Below are positions 37,626 through 49,050 of a DNA stretch of 64,000 nucleotides, piece by piece. The notes under the pieces were generated by a model, which saw only the letters and a program-made list of their open reading frames with translations, searched no databases and had not been told where the DNA came from. The position numbers were made by a program, and so were the translations under genes. The stretch's first letter is position 1. Every line of letters begins with the position of its first letter. The DNA is from Callorhinchus milii (lineage: Eukaryota): positions 104,224,001 to 104,288,000 of the forward strand of contig NW_024704742.1 in the NCBI RefSeq assembly GCF_018977255.1, written 5' to 3'.

Positions 37626-38567
37626 GTTTAATTTATTTCATGACAAGTGGTCCTAGCCAGTGAAAAGGAAAACCTTGGCTAAAACGAAACACAATACACC
37701 CCCAGAATAATGCAGTTCTTCATAGCATGGATTTGATTATAGCACAATTGCAAGAGCCTATGTACTGTGTGTAGTCATTGCCAGCTGCTCACTGCACAGG
37801 AAGTGACATCAGCAGAGATCCGATGACCTAGAAGGCAGCCATTTTATCTTCTTGCGAACTAAAAATGGCCATCGTCTGAGTTATTAGGTCACTGCTAATG
37901 TCACTTCCTGCTTTGTACATGCACAGTTCATAGGAAAACATCAGCTGCGACCTAATGATCCAGAAGCCTGCTTCATTCCCCATCCCTACCCACTCAACCA
38001 TCAGCCACCGTGCTTTTAGCCTATCTGCCCCACTTTCCATCCACATCTATTCCATCCTGGATTCCTCCAACTCTCTTCCACCCTCAGTTTATTCAAGATC
38101 AATCTCAAGACTTATCTCTTTGATTGCATGTTTGGTCATCTTGCCCCTCCCCAACGCCTTATAATAATAATCCTTGCATTTGATATAGGGCCTTATCACG
38201 TCTTTGAGTCGTCTCAAAGCGCTTCATAGAATATACTGTAAAGTGAATTGACTGTATATTTTTGGGTGAAACATGGCAGCCAATTGCCAGTCATGGATTA
38301 GTGATCACATGCTTTTAAAAATTCTTACCCTCAGTTTGGATGCAAAGCCAGGATTGTTAAGCGCTTTGGGATGTCCTCCCAACTTGAACGATGCTATATA
38401 AATATAACGTTATATTCTTGCGTATTGTAAGTCAGTCTTTCAAGGTGCAGAATCTGGGCGGCACGAAAGGGGTAAGTTGACTGACTAACACCATAACACC
38501 ACCGGTGATGTATTGCTTTATTATGTGGTTTTAGCTGGTCAGACTCCAGCAGTATCCCAACACACAC

Positions 38568-38793
38568 TCTGGAGTCCCCAAATCTCGGCTCTTGCCAGCC
38601 TGCACCCAATACTTTCTGGAATTAGGTAAGCAGGATGCATCCCTCCAGGGAATGAGTGTGCATTCCAGTCCAATAAATATCTCTGGAATTTCCATGTGTA
38701 GTTGGGATGCATGGAATTTTCAGTTTGGTTGGGATACTCTTTAGCATGGTGATGGGTTTCGACATGTGTCAGACACCTGGATGACAAAAAAAA
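38568..38793 (+). repeat. Old interspersed repeat (unnamed family B); other copies at 34960-35040, 40240-40442 (-), 54070-54287
   Basis: Shared 5' CTGGAGTCC.CAAA...GGCTCTTGCCA.CC and 3' CATGGTGATGGGTTTC..CA.GTG.CAGACACC.GG.TGAC-(A)n. Confidence 0.7.
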
Positions 38794-38967
38794 TCCCTTT
38801 ACTGCAAAGTGTATTAACTGTGTATTTGTCGGGAATCAGTTCAGAAAACTGTTCTTTCTGTAGAAATAATAGATATTATTGAAGGTTATAAATATGAAAC
38901 AATTGAGAAGTATTTTAACACCTGAACTCCAAGCCTTATGTGAATAAAGCCTCTCATTAAATTCCAG

Positions 38968-39056
38968 GGTGAAAACCAGACTGAGTATTTTTTAGGATTA
39001 ACACCAATTGGAGTTGTTGTCTACAAGAACAAAGTCCAGGTTGGAAAGTATTTCTG
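38968..39056 (+). CDS. EPB41L4A: EPB41L4A exon 8, FERM C-lobe
   Basis: tccag|GGT...TG|gtacgt; 89 nt; [29 protein letters not shown](W). Confidence 0.96.
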
Positions 39057-39162
39057 GTACGTGAGTCCAGCTGTAATTGTAAATAACTGTACCTTATTTT
39101 GGTGTTTTTATTTTTGTTTGTTTTCACTTGATAATGACAGGACACTGACTGCTTCATTGCAG

Positions 39163-39226
39163 GCCAAGAATCACCAAGGTGAATTTCAGAGAAACACAGT
39201 TTGAGCTAAGAGTGCTGGGCAAGGAT
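39163..39226 (+). CDS. EPB41L4A: EPB41L4A exon 9
   Basis: ttgcag|G...GAT|gtaagt; 64 nt; [21 protein letters not shown]; preceded by a 106-nt intron. Confidence 0.95.
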
Positions 39227-40103
39227 GTAAGTACAACAACATCTTGCAGTCATATAGCACCTGTAATGTATTGTTAAGTCTCAAAGCACTTTACAGAGAT
39301 GTGGAGGAAATCCAAACAATATGAGAAGTGGAGGAAGGGGATAGGAGGGAGTGGACCATCATGCAGTCAAAGAGGTAAGATTATAGAATGGATTGAAAGT
39401 GGAGCGGAAGGGTGTGAGGCACAGGGATTTTGGTGGAGGGTTTTAGAGAACATGGGCATTGTGGCTAAAAGTATTGTAGTAATGTGGCTTTTTTCCCTTC
39501 ACCAGCTATTCTTAAGTGGGTTTAATATTTAGGTTGTGCTCACTGTGGGCAATAGTGTGTAAAGAGGAATTCTTTAATTAATACCAAAAATCTATAATCC
39601 TTTGCATTTGATGTTACATAATCAAGGATATCTACCTATAATTCCCTCTGTACACATTTGTTTACACAAGCTGCAAATTAGACCCAATTGTCCTTCTATG
39701 TTGGGATTGCATGGTTAGTTGCAAATTATGAGCAATTTCTGTGCTGTTGAATGCGAACCGGTGGGTGAAATTTCTAAAAGAAACTTCATTCCAAACCCCA
39801 AGAGAAAGAGTAGCGCTTCATCCCAACTGCTCTGACCAGTTTCAAAACCCTCCTCCCTCTCCAATCCCAAGGGTTGAAACAATTATGCCTTAACCCAGTG
39901 CACCGCCCAGTCCCAATGCACACACAGCTTTCATGTTAAACCAGAATTATTTATTAAGTCAAAGACGTCCAGGAAACTACACCATGTAATTGGCAGAATG
40001 CTAAACATCCAAGACAGATTGAGGATAACATCCCTTGATGAGCTCTCATTGCTGTGAGTAAACAAACCTGGGCCCCAGTGGATCAAACTCTGTGTTGGAA
40101 CTC

Positions 40104-40134
<31 letters not shown>
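40104..40134. repeat. Compound (TG)n(AG)n microsatellite
   Basis: Direct reading. Confidence 0.9.
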
Positions 40135-40467
40135 AAGAAGTGCAGATCAGTTCCATGATTTAAGATAAAATTACAAAGGTGAGAATTAATCATTATGGGG
40201 CGATATTTCATTAACATTCAGTCCCTCTGCCTATCATTTTTTGAGGGGTCAATTGGGTGCCTGATGCACGTGGAAGCTCGACACCATGCTTAAGAGTACC
40301 AGACCAAACCACTGAGAGTCCCAAATGTACAGAAATTTCCATTTATCTGATATGAAGTGCACATTCTTATCTTAGTGGGATACAGATTTATCCTGGGGAG
40401 TTCAGGAACAGGTTGGCAAGAGCCAAAGTTTGAGGACTCCAGTTATACATTGGGGTACTGCTTTATT

Positions 40468-42122
40468 TAACATAACAACATGTAGGAGCAGGAGTAGGCC
40501 ATTCGGCCCTTCGAGCCTACCCCACCATTCAATCATGGCTGATCTTCTAATCTAACTCCAGCTAATAACCTAACCCTGCCTTATCCCCATATCCCTTAAT
40601 CCCTTTTGCAATAAGAAATCTATCTATCTCAGTCTTGAATATGTTCAAGGACTGAGCATCAACAGCCCTTTGGGGTAGTGAGTTCCATACATTCACCACC
40701 CTTTGAGTGAAGAAGTTCTTCCTCAACTCAGTGCGAAAGGGCTGGCCTCTGATTTTAAGGTTGTTTCTCCAACCAAGGGAAACAATCGCCCACTATCTAC
40801 TCTATCATGCCTTTTGATGATCTTATAGGTTTCTATATTCTTCTATATTCTAGAGAATATATGCCCAAATTGGTCAGCCTATCCTCGCAACTCATCCCCT
40901 TCATCCCTGGTACTAACTTAGTAAATCTACGCTGCACCCCCTCCAAGGCAAGTACGTCCTTCCTTAAATGAGACCAAAACTGGACACAGTATTCCAGGTG
41001 TGGTCTCACTAGGGCTCTATAGAGTTGCAGCAAGACTTCCCTACTCTTATACTCTAATCCTTTCATAATGAATGCTAACACACCATTCACCTTCCTAATT
41101 GCTGCTGCCCCTGCAGACTAACCTTCTGTGATTGGTGTACAAGGACACCCAAGTCCCTCTGGACGCTAACACATTCTAATCTCTCCCCTTCTTAAAAAAA
41201 AACCCGCTCTACTGTTTTTGCTACCGAGGTGGATGACTTCACACTTCCCTACATTATACTTCATCTGCCACCTCCCTACCCAATCACCTAACCTATCTAT
41301 GTCTCGCTGCATTTTTTTAATGTCGTCCTCTGTGTTGACACTTCCTCCTAGTTTTGTGTCATCCGCAAATTTAGATATATTAACTTCGATGTCCTCATCT
41401 AGATCGTTGATGTAGATGGTAAATAGCTGAGGCCCAAGGACTGATCCTTGTGGCACTCCACTAGTCACATCCCGCCAATCTGAAAAGGACCCGTTTATCC
41501 CTACTCTTTGTTTCCTACCCGTTAACCATTCCCCAATCCACGTTAATATGCTCCCCCCAATTCCATGGGCCCTTATCTTTTGGACTAACCTTTTATGCGG
41601 CACCTTATCGAATGCCTTCTGGAAGTCCAAATAGACCACATCCACTGATTCACCCTTATCTAGTTTACTGGAAATATCCTCAAAAAACTCTATGAGATTT
41701 GTCAAACATGACTTCCCTTTTGTAAAGCCATGTTGACTTGGCCTAATTATATTGTGCTCCCCTAAATACTGCACTACCACATCCTTAATCAATGATTCTA
41801 AAATGTTTCCTATCACTGATGTGAGACTAACTGGCCTATAGTTCCCCATCTTTTCCTTTCCACCTTTTTTAAATAGTGGTGTGACATTTGCGATCTTCCA
41901 ATCCATCGGGACTGTTCCAGAATCCAAGGAATTTTGGAAGATCAAACACAAGGCCTCCACTATCTCATAAGCTACATCTTTTAAAACCCTGGGATGCAAG
42001 CCATCCAGACCAGGGGATTTGTCACTTTTCAGTGCTAACAGTTTCCCTAGCACCAATTCTCTACTAATGAAAATTTCCGAAGTTGCTCCCTGTCCTTATC
42101 CCCTTGGTGCATCTCTATTGTA
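40468..42122 (-). mobile_element. CR1 LINE, 5'-truncated (family 2); RT core still open at 41166-42056
   Basis: [48 protein letters not shown]; frameshifted C-terminus; 3' UTR GGCCGAATGGCCTACTCC. Confidence 0.93.
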
Positions 42123-43914
42123 ATTTAACCAGCTAAAACCACAGAGCTTACCATTGCAGAGTGCTGGTAAGCTTCCTGTTGCTTTAAGCACTCTGAGACG
42201 CCATCCGGCGTGGAGGGCGCTATATAAATCAAAGTTGTTGTTGTTGCTTGTCAAGCCAGGACCATCTTACCTATTAAAAGATTTGGCTTGTAGGGTTAAC
42301 AAGAGCCGAACTTGCAAATTGCTATCCCTCAGTACCAATCCTTTGATTATGTGTGTGGTGTGTTGGGGTTGAAAAGGGCAATTTCAAGACAGACCAGGAA
42401 GCCATTTTTTTAAATGAGAGGATAATTAACGATTGGAACAGATTGACAAGAATGATGACTGAGGCCAGGTTACTGAACAAACCTTGATGCTGTGATGGAA
42501 AGACAATAGTGCAGATATTCTGGAAGGATAAAATCAGATGGGCCAAAAGGCCTTCTTCATCTGAACCTCTCTCTTGTAATCTTGTGATCTTGTGCTGGTA
42601 TTCTTATCCAAGCTCCCAAATTAGCCAGGCTGGATTTAATTCTTACAACTCTAATTTTATTTAACAATTTAACAAGTCAAGTTTAATTCTTGCACATGTG
42701 TCCCCTTGACTTGTAAGTTAATGTCCTGAATGTTTATCACATTGTCCTATCTATTGTACAAGTACCTCCTTTTGTTAGATACATTTGTCCAGTATGTTTT
42801 ACATGTATGTAGCCTTGAGCTGTATGTTATGTATATATGTCCTGTATGTACTTCATAGTTGTCAAGTTGACAAATGTTCTACATTCATGTCACCCTGATA
42901 AGCAGAATCTGGCATCTCTTTCTGTGGTTAGATTCACTGTAATTTGATCTGCATACAGTATATGGATTTCATTCCACATAAGTGAGAGAATTGCATGGTT
43001 TAGTCTGACTCTTTCTCTCATTGTTCAGGTTCGTTTCAATATTTGTAACCACATTCTCAAAAAAACTTTTTTTTAAATAAAAATTTGGGAAGAAAGATAG
43101 TTCAAAGCAGTAAATGTGATGTTTTTAGACCCATTTTACTTACTGCTGTTCAATATGCTTCCCGTTGCCTGGATCACACCAGCCCGGATAGTATAACAAG
43201 GAGTGTTCTCAGTCTCTCAGACAGAAGCAGAAGGAAAGACGATTGTCACAGAATCAATGAATCCCCTTCAGGGAGCTATTAAAGTAGCAGAAGACGTAAT
43301 TAAAGAGCTTTGTCCAGCAATCTAGACCAGGCCCTATATTGTTCCCAGCTCACTTCAAACAATCAACTCGAATCACATTTAAAAAAAAAGTTTTTAATGT
43401 TACTACAGCTTGTTGTAAAGATGGCAGATGATGTGTGCATTGTGAGTAGGTTTTTCTAACTCTTTACTTGGTAAAAGCTCCAATAGGTATTGACTCATTA
43501 ATTTCATAACCTCAAGGAAAACTGTTCACAAGTCAGTGTATGCCTGTTTTCTTTATTTCCCCCCCAAAATAACCACTTTAATTAACATAATCATTCGCCA
43601 CAGAAACACTGGCTGCCTTTGGAGCAGGAACCTGCATTCTTCTGATACACAAAGCTCATCTCACCCCTGGGAAGATCTCTTTCTGAGTGATGTGGTGGCA
43701 CAGCCTTACCAGAGAATAATGCCCAATATAAGCTGTTCAGACAGCAGCAAGAAACACAAGCCCCCAGTTGAAGCACTGACGTTACCCTCACATCACTTGT
43801 GTTATTGGATACTTGGTTTCCAACAAGTCTCTATTTTGTGCTGGTTTTGATCTCATCATGTTTCATATGTGATGTCTCCATAGATGTGGGGCTCTCATTG
43901 CAGGAGTCCTTGTA

Positions 43915-44231
43915 GGAGTCCTGTAGCTCAGTGGTTAGAGCACTCGCCTCGTAAGCGAGAGACCTGGGTTCGATTCCCGGCAAGGTTAAACCTTGAGCAA
44001 GTTTCTTTACTCCACACACCTGATAATAATCCCTCAAGAGAAAAAACAATAATAAAAATCGGTCGCTTCAATCCACAACTGTTTGTGGGACACTGCTGTT
44101 TGCAATTGGCACTGTGTGCGTTTCGCCCACAAATATACAGTCAATTCACTTTAGAGTCTATTTTGTGAAGCGCTTTGAGATGTCTAGAAGACGTGAAAAG
44201 CACTATATCAAAATGCAAGGATTATTATTAT
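43915..44231 (+). mobile_element. tRNA-derived SINE, full length
   Basis: Head with canonical B box GGTTCGATTCC; head start partly duplicated at 43902-43914. Confidence 0.92.
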
Positions 44232-44610
44232 ATCACCTGTGTATAGCAATGTGATTCCTTGGTGCCCGTAAGGAATGAGCCTGAAGTGGAATAAAGGACA
44301 AAAGCGGTGTCTGGTTGTCAGCCTCTGTGCTCCCATACCTTCATTGTGTCTCAGGCTCAGTTCTGTACGGGCTGTAGAACTTAGCGAGCAGGAGTATGAG
44401 GCATTACATCATCAGTGTAATGCAATGTTCTCACTCCCTGGTGGGCATTGGTCTTAATCCAGGTGACTTGAATGTGTTGAGTCACACTGTGCAGACGAGT
44501 CAAAGCAAACAAGGCTGCTCAGTTAAGTTTTTGATCTTGATAGCAGAGCTGTTTTTGACAATTATAAACTCAGGCAGGTGTTAGATTGAAACAAGTCCAA
44601 TTTTACATAC

Positions 44611-44831
44611 AACAACAACAACAACAACAAGATTCCATTTATAGAGCGCCTTTCACGTCAGGAGGACGTCCCAAGGCGCTGCACAGTTGGGTCATGACCC
44701 GAGCAGGGGGGAAATGGTCAGGGTGAGGGGAGGGAAGGGAGGGAGAGAGGAGGGGGGAAATGGTCAGGGTGAGGGGAGGGAAGGGAGGGAGCGAGGAGGA
44801 GGAAGAGAGTCGAGAGGGGAGCTGAAGGCAC
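44611..44831 (-). mobile_element. Very young L2 3' fragment with TSD
   Basis: Essentially identical to 6629-6852 including the duplicated 3' unit; ACATACAACA at 44605-44614 and 44830-44839. Confidence 0.93.
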
Positions 44832-45856
44832 ATACAACACCAATGCAAAATATTTGCACTTGTCATAAGAAACCTTTACAATACAACAAAATAGCACAAC
44901 ACTGTCAATGTACAATACTCCTTGGGTGTGTTTTGGTTCGTGACAGTGCACAGGAAAAAGCACAGGAAATATTTCAATGTTGCAAAACAATTCACAGGGA
45001 AGGACTTTTTGGCAAACTCCCAGTCTTGTTTAAAGAGCCCTGCCTTTGCAAACCGCTTGGGAATGTCTCAATGCATGCAGGTTTCTTTCTGAACAAAGAG
45101 AAACTTGGGTTTTAAAAGTCAATGAGTTATTACTGTTTAATGGGTTATAAATTGAAAGAAAATGCATTGCATTTGAAATTTGCATTATCCATCTCTGTAT
45201 TTTGGCCTGTGCTTTGATGCTTAAATTTATCTATCAAATGCTTTCAGCACATTTACATTTTATTTTTCTAGGTAGGTTCATGTCATTGTTTCAAGAGCAG
45301 TCAGGCTACACATTACTGCATCATTTAGCTGCAAGATACCGGCCATTGAGATGCCTATCCAGATTGTTTCAGACTGCAGCTTGCTCTCTCAGCACGGCTT
45401 CTGAAAGAAATGCCTGTAGCAAGACATAACTATCCTTCGGCTTCAATATTCCCATGTCAGCCAAGAGCTCCTTTTTGCCTGTCAGAATTAGTTTTGCTAT
45501 GTTGCAAGCAAAGTAATACTAAAACTTATCCCCTGTGATGGTGAAATACCCTGTGGGTATTGAAACTTAAAGTTTTACCAGGTTTATTGCTGCACTCTCA
45601 TACTCCCATCAAGCCATTATTTCAATGACTGAAACAACATGCAGGCTATGGAGTAAATGTTTACAAAATAAATATTGATAGTCGTCACCTTTGCATTTCA
45701 TGTTGCTCTTTTCATGTCAGAAGAGCATTTCTCAAATCACTTCACAGGATTCTACTGCAAAGTGTAGTGATTATGTATTTTAAAGTCGAACATGGTAGCC
45801 AAATTGCACACTGCCACAAACAGCCATGAAGTGAATGACCAATTTTATCTGGAGGA

Positions 45857-46902
45857 TTCATAGAATCATAGATGCCTGAGATGCCTGAGATACAGCAAAT
45901 AAGGAGCCATTCAGCTCATCGTGTCTGAGTTATCCAAATCAATCCCACTCCCCTGCTCTCTCCCCATAGCCCTGCACATTTGTCCTCCCCAAATAATTAT
46001 CTGCTTCTCTTAAAAGGTGTCATCGAATCAGCTTCCACCATCCTTTCAGGCAATTCATTCCAGATCTGAACAACTCACTGTGTGAAAAAATTTCTCCTCT
46101 CCCCTCTGTTTCTTTTAACAACTATTTTAAATCAGTGTCTTCGGGTTACCGACCCACCCACCAGTGGAAATAGTTGCTCCTTGTTCACCCTTTCGAATCC
46201 CCTCAGAATTTTGAAAACATCTATTATGTCTCCTCTTAACCTTCTCTGCTCAAAGGAGAATAATCCTAGCTTCTCTAGCCTCTCTTGATAACTGAAGTCC
46301 CTCATTCCTGGGAACATCCTGGTAAATCTCCTTTGCACCCCCTCCAATGCCTTGACATCCTTCCTGAAGTGTGGTGCCCAGAACTGAACACAATAGCTGA
46401 GGCCTAACCAGTGTTTTATAACCTTAGATTTACTAATGCGATGTTTCTGCAACTGAGAGTTTTCTAAAAAAAAGTCTGCTGTTTTTGATCCAGGTAAATG
46501 ACCTGTACTTAGGTATAGTGTTCATCATAACTTCCTGACTTTTATATTCTGTGGCCCTATTTATAAAGCCTAGTATCCCGGATGCTTTTTAACAGCTTTA
46601 TCTACCTGTCCGGCCACCTTCAAAAATTTGCTTATATGAACCCCAGGTCTCTCTGTTCCTTCACCCCCTTTAAGATTGTACCATCAGCTTATAGTGCCTC
46701 TCCTCATTCTTCCTCCCAAAATACATCACTTCGCATTTCTCCACATTAAACTTAATTTGCCACATGTCTACCCATTTTATCAATCTGTCTATGTCCATTT
46801 GTAGTCTGCTACTATCCTCCTCACTATTTACTACTTTTCCTAGCTTAATATCATCTGCAAACTTGGAAATTGTACTCCCTATACCCAAGTACAGGTCATT
46901 TA
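45857..46902 (-). mobile_element. CR1 LINE 3' part (family 1) retaining the KFADD region
   Basis: SKFADDIKLG, QIKFNVEKCEVM, EGVQRRFTRM; carries an inverted insertion at 46418-46518. Confidence 0.9.
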
Positions 46903-47259
46903 CCTGGATCAAAAACAGCAGACTTTTTTTTTAGAAAACTCTCAGTTGCAGAAACATTGCATTAGTAAATCTAAGGTTATGGCGTATTAAATGCCGTTGT
47001 GCCAGGCTTAGGACCTATTGGAGCTTGGTACTCATTTTCTGGTGCACTACTGTTATTAGGCATTCCCCTGCAGTAGGAATAGATAGAGTCTTTATTCTGG
47101 AATGATGAGATCACATTGGCCGAAAGGCCTTCATTGTCCAAACCTTTCATGTCAATCTGTTGAATTGCAGTGAGATGACTGCTCAATGTCAACACTGCGG
47201 GAAAGGACAAAAGGAGGTATTTGCACTTTATTTCAGTATCTGGACCATGAATCAAGTCT

Positions 47260-48375
47260 ACAAATGCCCCCAAACCCTCCCCACCAACGCCCCCGCTCAC
47301 ATTGGCCTCCAAAATGTCCGCTCCCCCTCTTACAGTCCACGACCTCAACCTGGACATCCTCAGGCTCACGTAAACCTGGCTCTCCCCAGTCCCACTCATT
47401 GACGCCTTCCCGCCTGGTTACTTCTCACCATCCGCCCTCACCAATGCGGCAACAGGTGGCCCTCATCTCCCAAACCTTCCTTGGTCTATCCCCTTACTGC
47501 TCTGGCTACTTCTGCTTTTTTAAGCATCTCAATCTCCACCAGCCCTCCTCTCTCTCCTACAAAATCCTCCTAGTTTACTGCCCCCGCAAACCTCATGGCT
47601 CCTTCCTCACTGATATCTCCTCTGCCTCTCATCCCTGTCCCTCTGCCCTGAACACCTGTTCATAATGGGCGATTTCAACCTTCATCTCAATTCCCACACT
47701 CCATCTCCTCTGACTTTGCTGCCCTCCTCTCCATCCTAAACCTCACCGTCAATGTAGACTCCCCAATCTACAACTGTGGCCACCCCTTCGATCTCGTCAT
47801 CACCCATGGCCTTGACATCTCTGATCTGACCATCACAACCAAGGGCATCTCAGACCACTTCCTCATCTCCCGCTCCTCTCCCTCCACCATCTTTTACCGC
47901 CTATGGAAAAAGCTCCCCCCACCCCAGTCCCTCACAAACGCTCTCTCATCCTCGGACCTTCTCTCCCTCTGACCTTCCACCCACAGTGATCCAGACGCAG
48001 CTGTCAAGCTGCTGAACAATCACCTCTCCTCAACTTTCAATTCCCTCGTCCCCCTGAAAAACACGTCTGTCTCCAAGCCTACCTGCTCCCGCTGGAATAA
48101 CAATCACCTCTGCTCCCTCAAATACTAAACCCAGTTGCTCGAACACAGATGGCATAAAATTGGCCTCAGTGTTCACCGCCAACTGTGACTTGAACATCTC
48201 CGTACCTACCGGCGTTCCCTCTCAATCCAAAACCATCTTCTATTTGCAGGTCATTCTCGAGGCCAAAAACAACCTCAAAATCCTGTTCTCCACAACCCAC
48301 CACCTCTTCCAGTCCCCTCTCAAGCACCCTTGATCCTCACCTCCGTTGCCAAGTACAAAGAGGTCCTGAACTATA
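47260..48375 (+). mobile_element. Old L2 endonuclease-region fragment lacking RT and 3' end
   Basis: [22 protein letters not shown] and YRLWKKL remnants colinear with the young L2. Confidence 0.85.
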
Positions 48376-48777
48376 GGTACCATCTGCCTGGTTGCCTGCT
48401 CCTCCCCCCTCTCCTCCTACCACAGATCCTACCTCAGCCCCCCGTCTACACTAATTTCCGTCCCTTTCCCACACCATCACCCGATGAAGCCCACAACCTG
48501 CTAGATGGAACTAGATACAGCCTTTTGATCCATCTAACTTGACCCTTTCAGTCTAACACAACCATTCCTTCATGACCTCTTCACCATTTCCTTTCATTCA
48601 TTGCTGCTTGAAGCTCCTTGAACCTGAAACTTCTGGTCAACCATGAAAAGCTTCACATTATCCTCCACACCTGCTCCTCTGCCACAGGCTGGCAGCCTTC
48701 CAGCATTCTGTCCATCAATTTATGCAGCTTCTTTTTCTATTAATATCCCTATAATCCCTATCATACCCCTGGAGGCA

Positions 48778-49050
48778 TCAGCTTGCTCAGTTAGTACTCT
48801 CACTTCAGGGGCAGAACGTCGTGGGATCTTAAGTTCAAGCTGATATTCTAGTACAGTGCTGAGGGAGTGCTGCATTATCACAGGTGCCATCATTCAGATA
48901 AGATGTTAAACTTAGGTCCCATCTGCCACACAGGACATTAAAGATCCCTGGTATAATTCAAAATGAGAAGAGAATTTCTCTCTTGTCCTGGCCAACAATC
49001 CAGATACATTAGTCACAATTCAGGGCTGGTTGTGGGAATTGTTGGGCTAC
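48778..49050 (+). mobile_element. Old Deu-SINE, degraded
   Basis: CAGTGCTGAGGGAGTGCTGCA...GGTGCCATC.TTCAGAT.AGATGTTAAAC...AAAGATCCC...TGTCCTGGCCAAC. Confidence 0.75.

Noticed and set aside
41166..42056. Domesticated RT gene
   Set aside because: Part of a 5'-truncated CR1 with a frameshifted C-terminus and a normal 3' tail; no splice or promoter evidence
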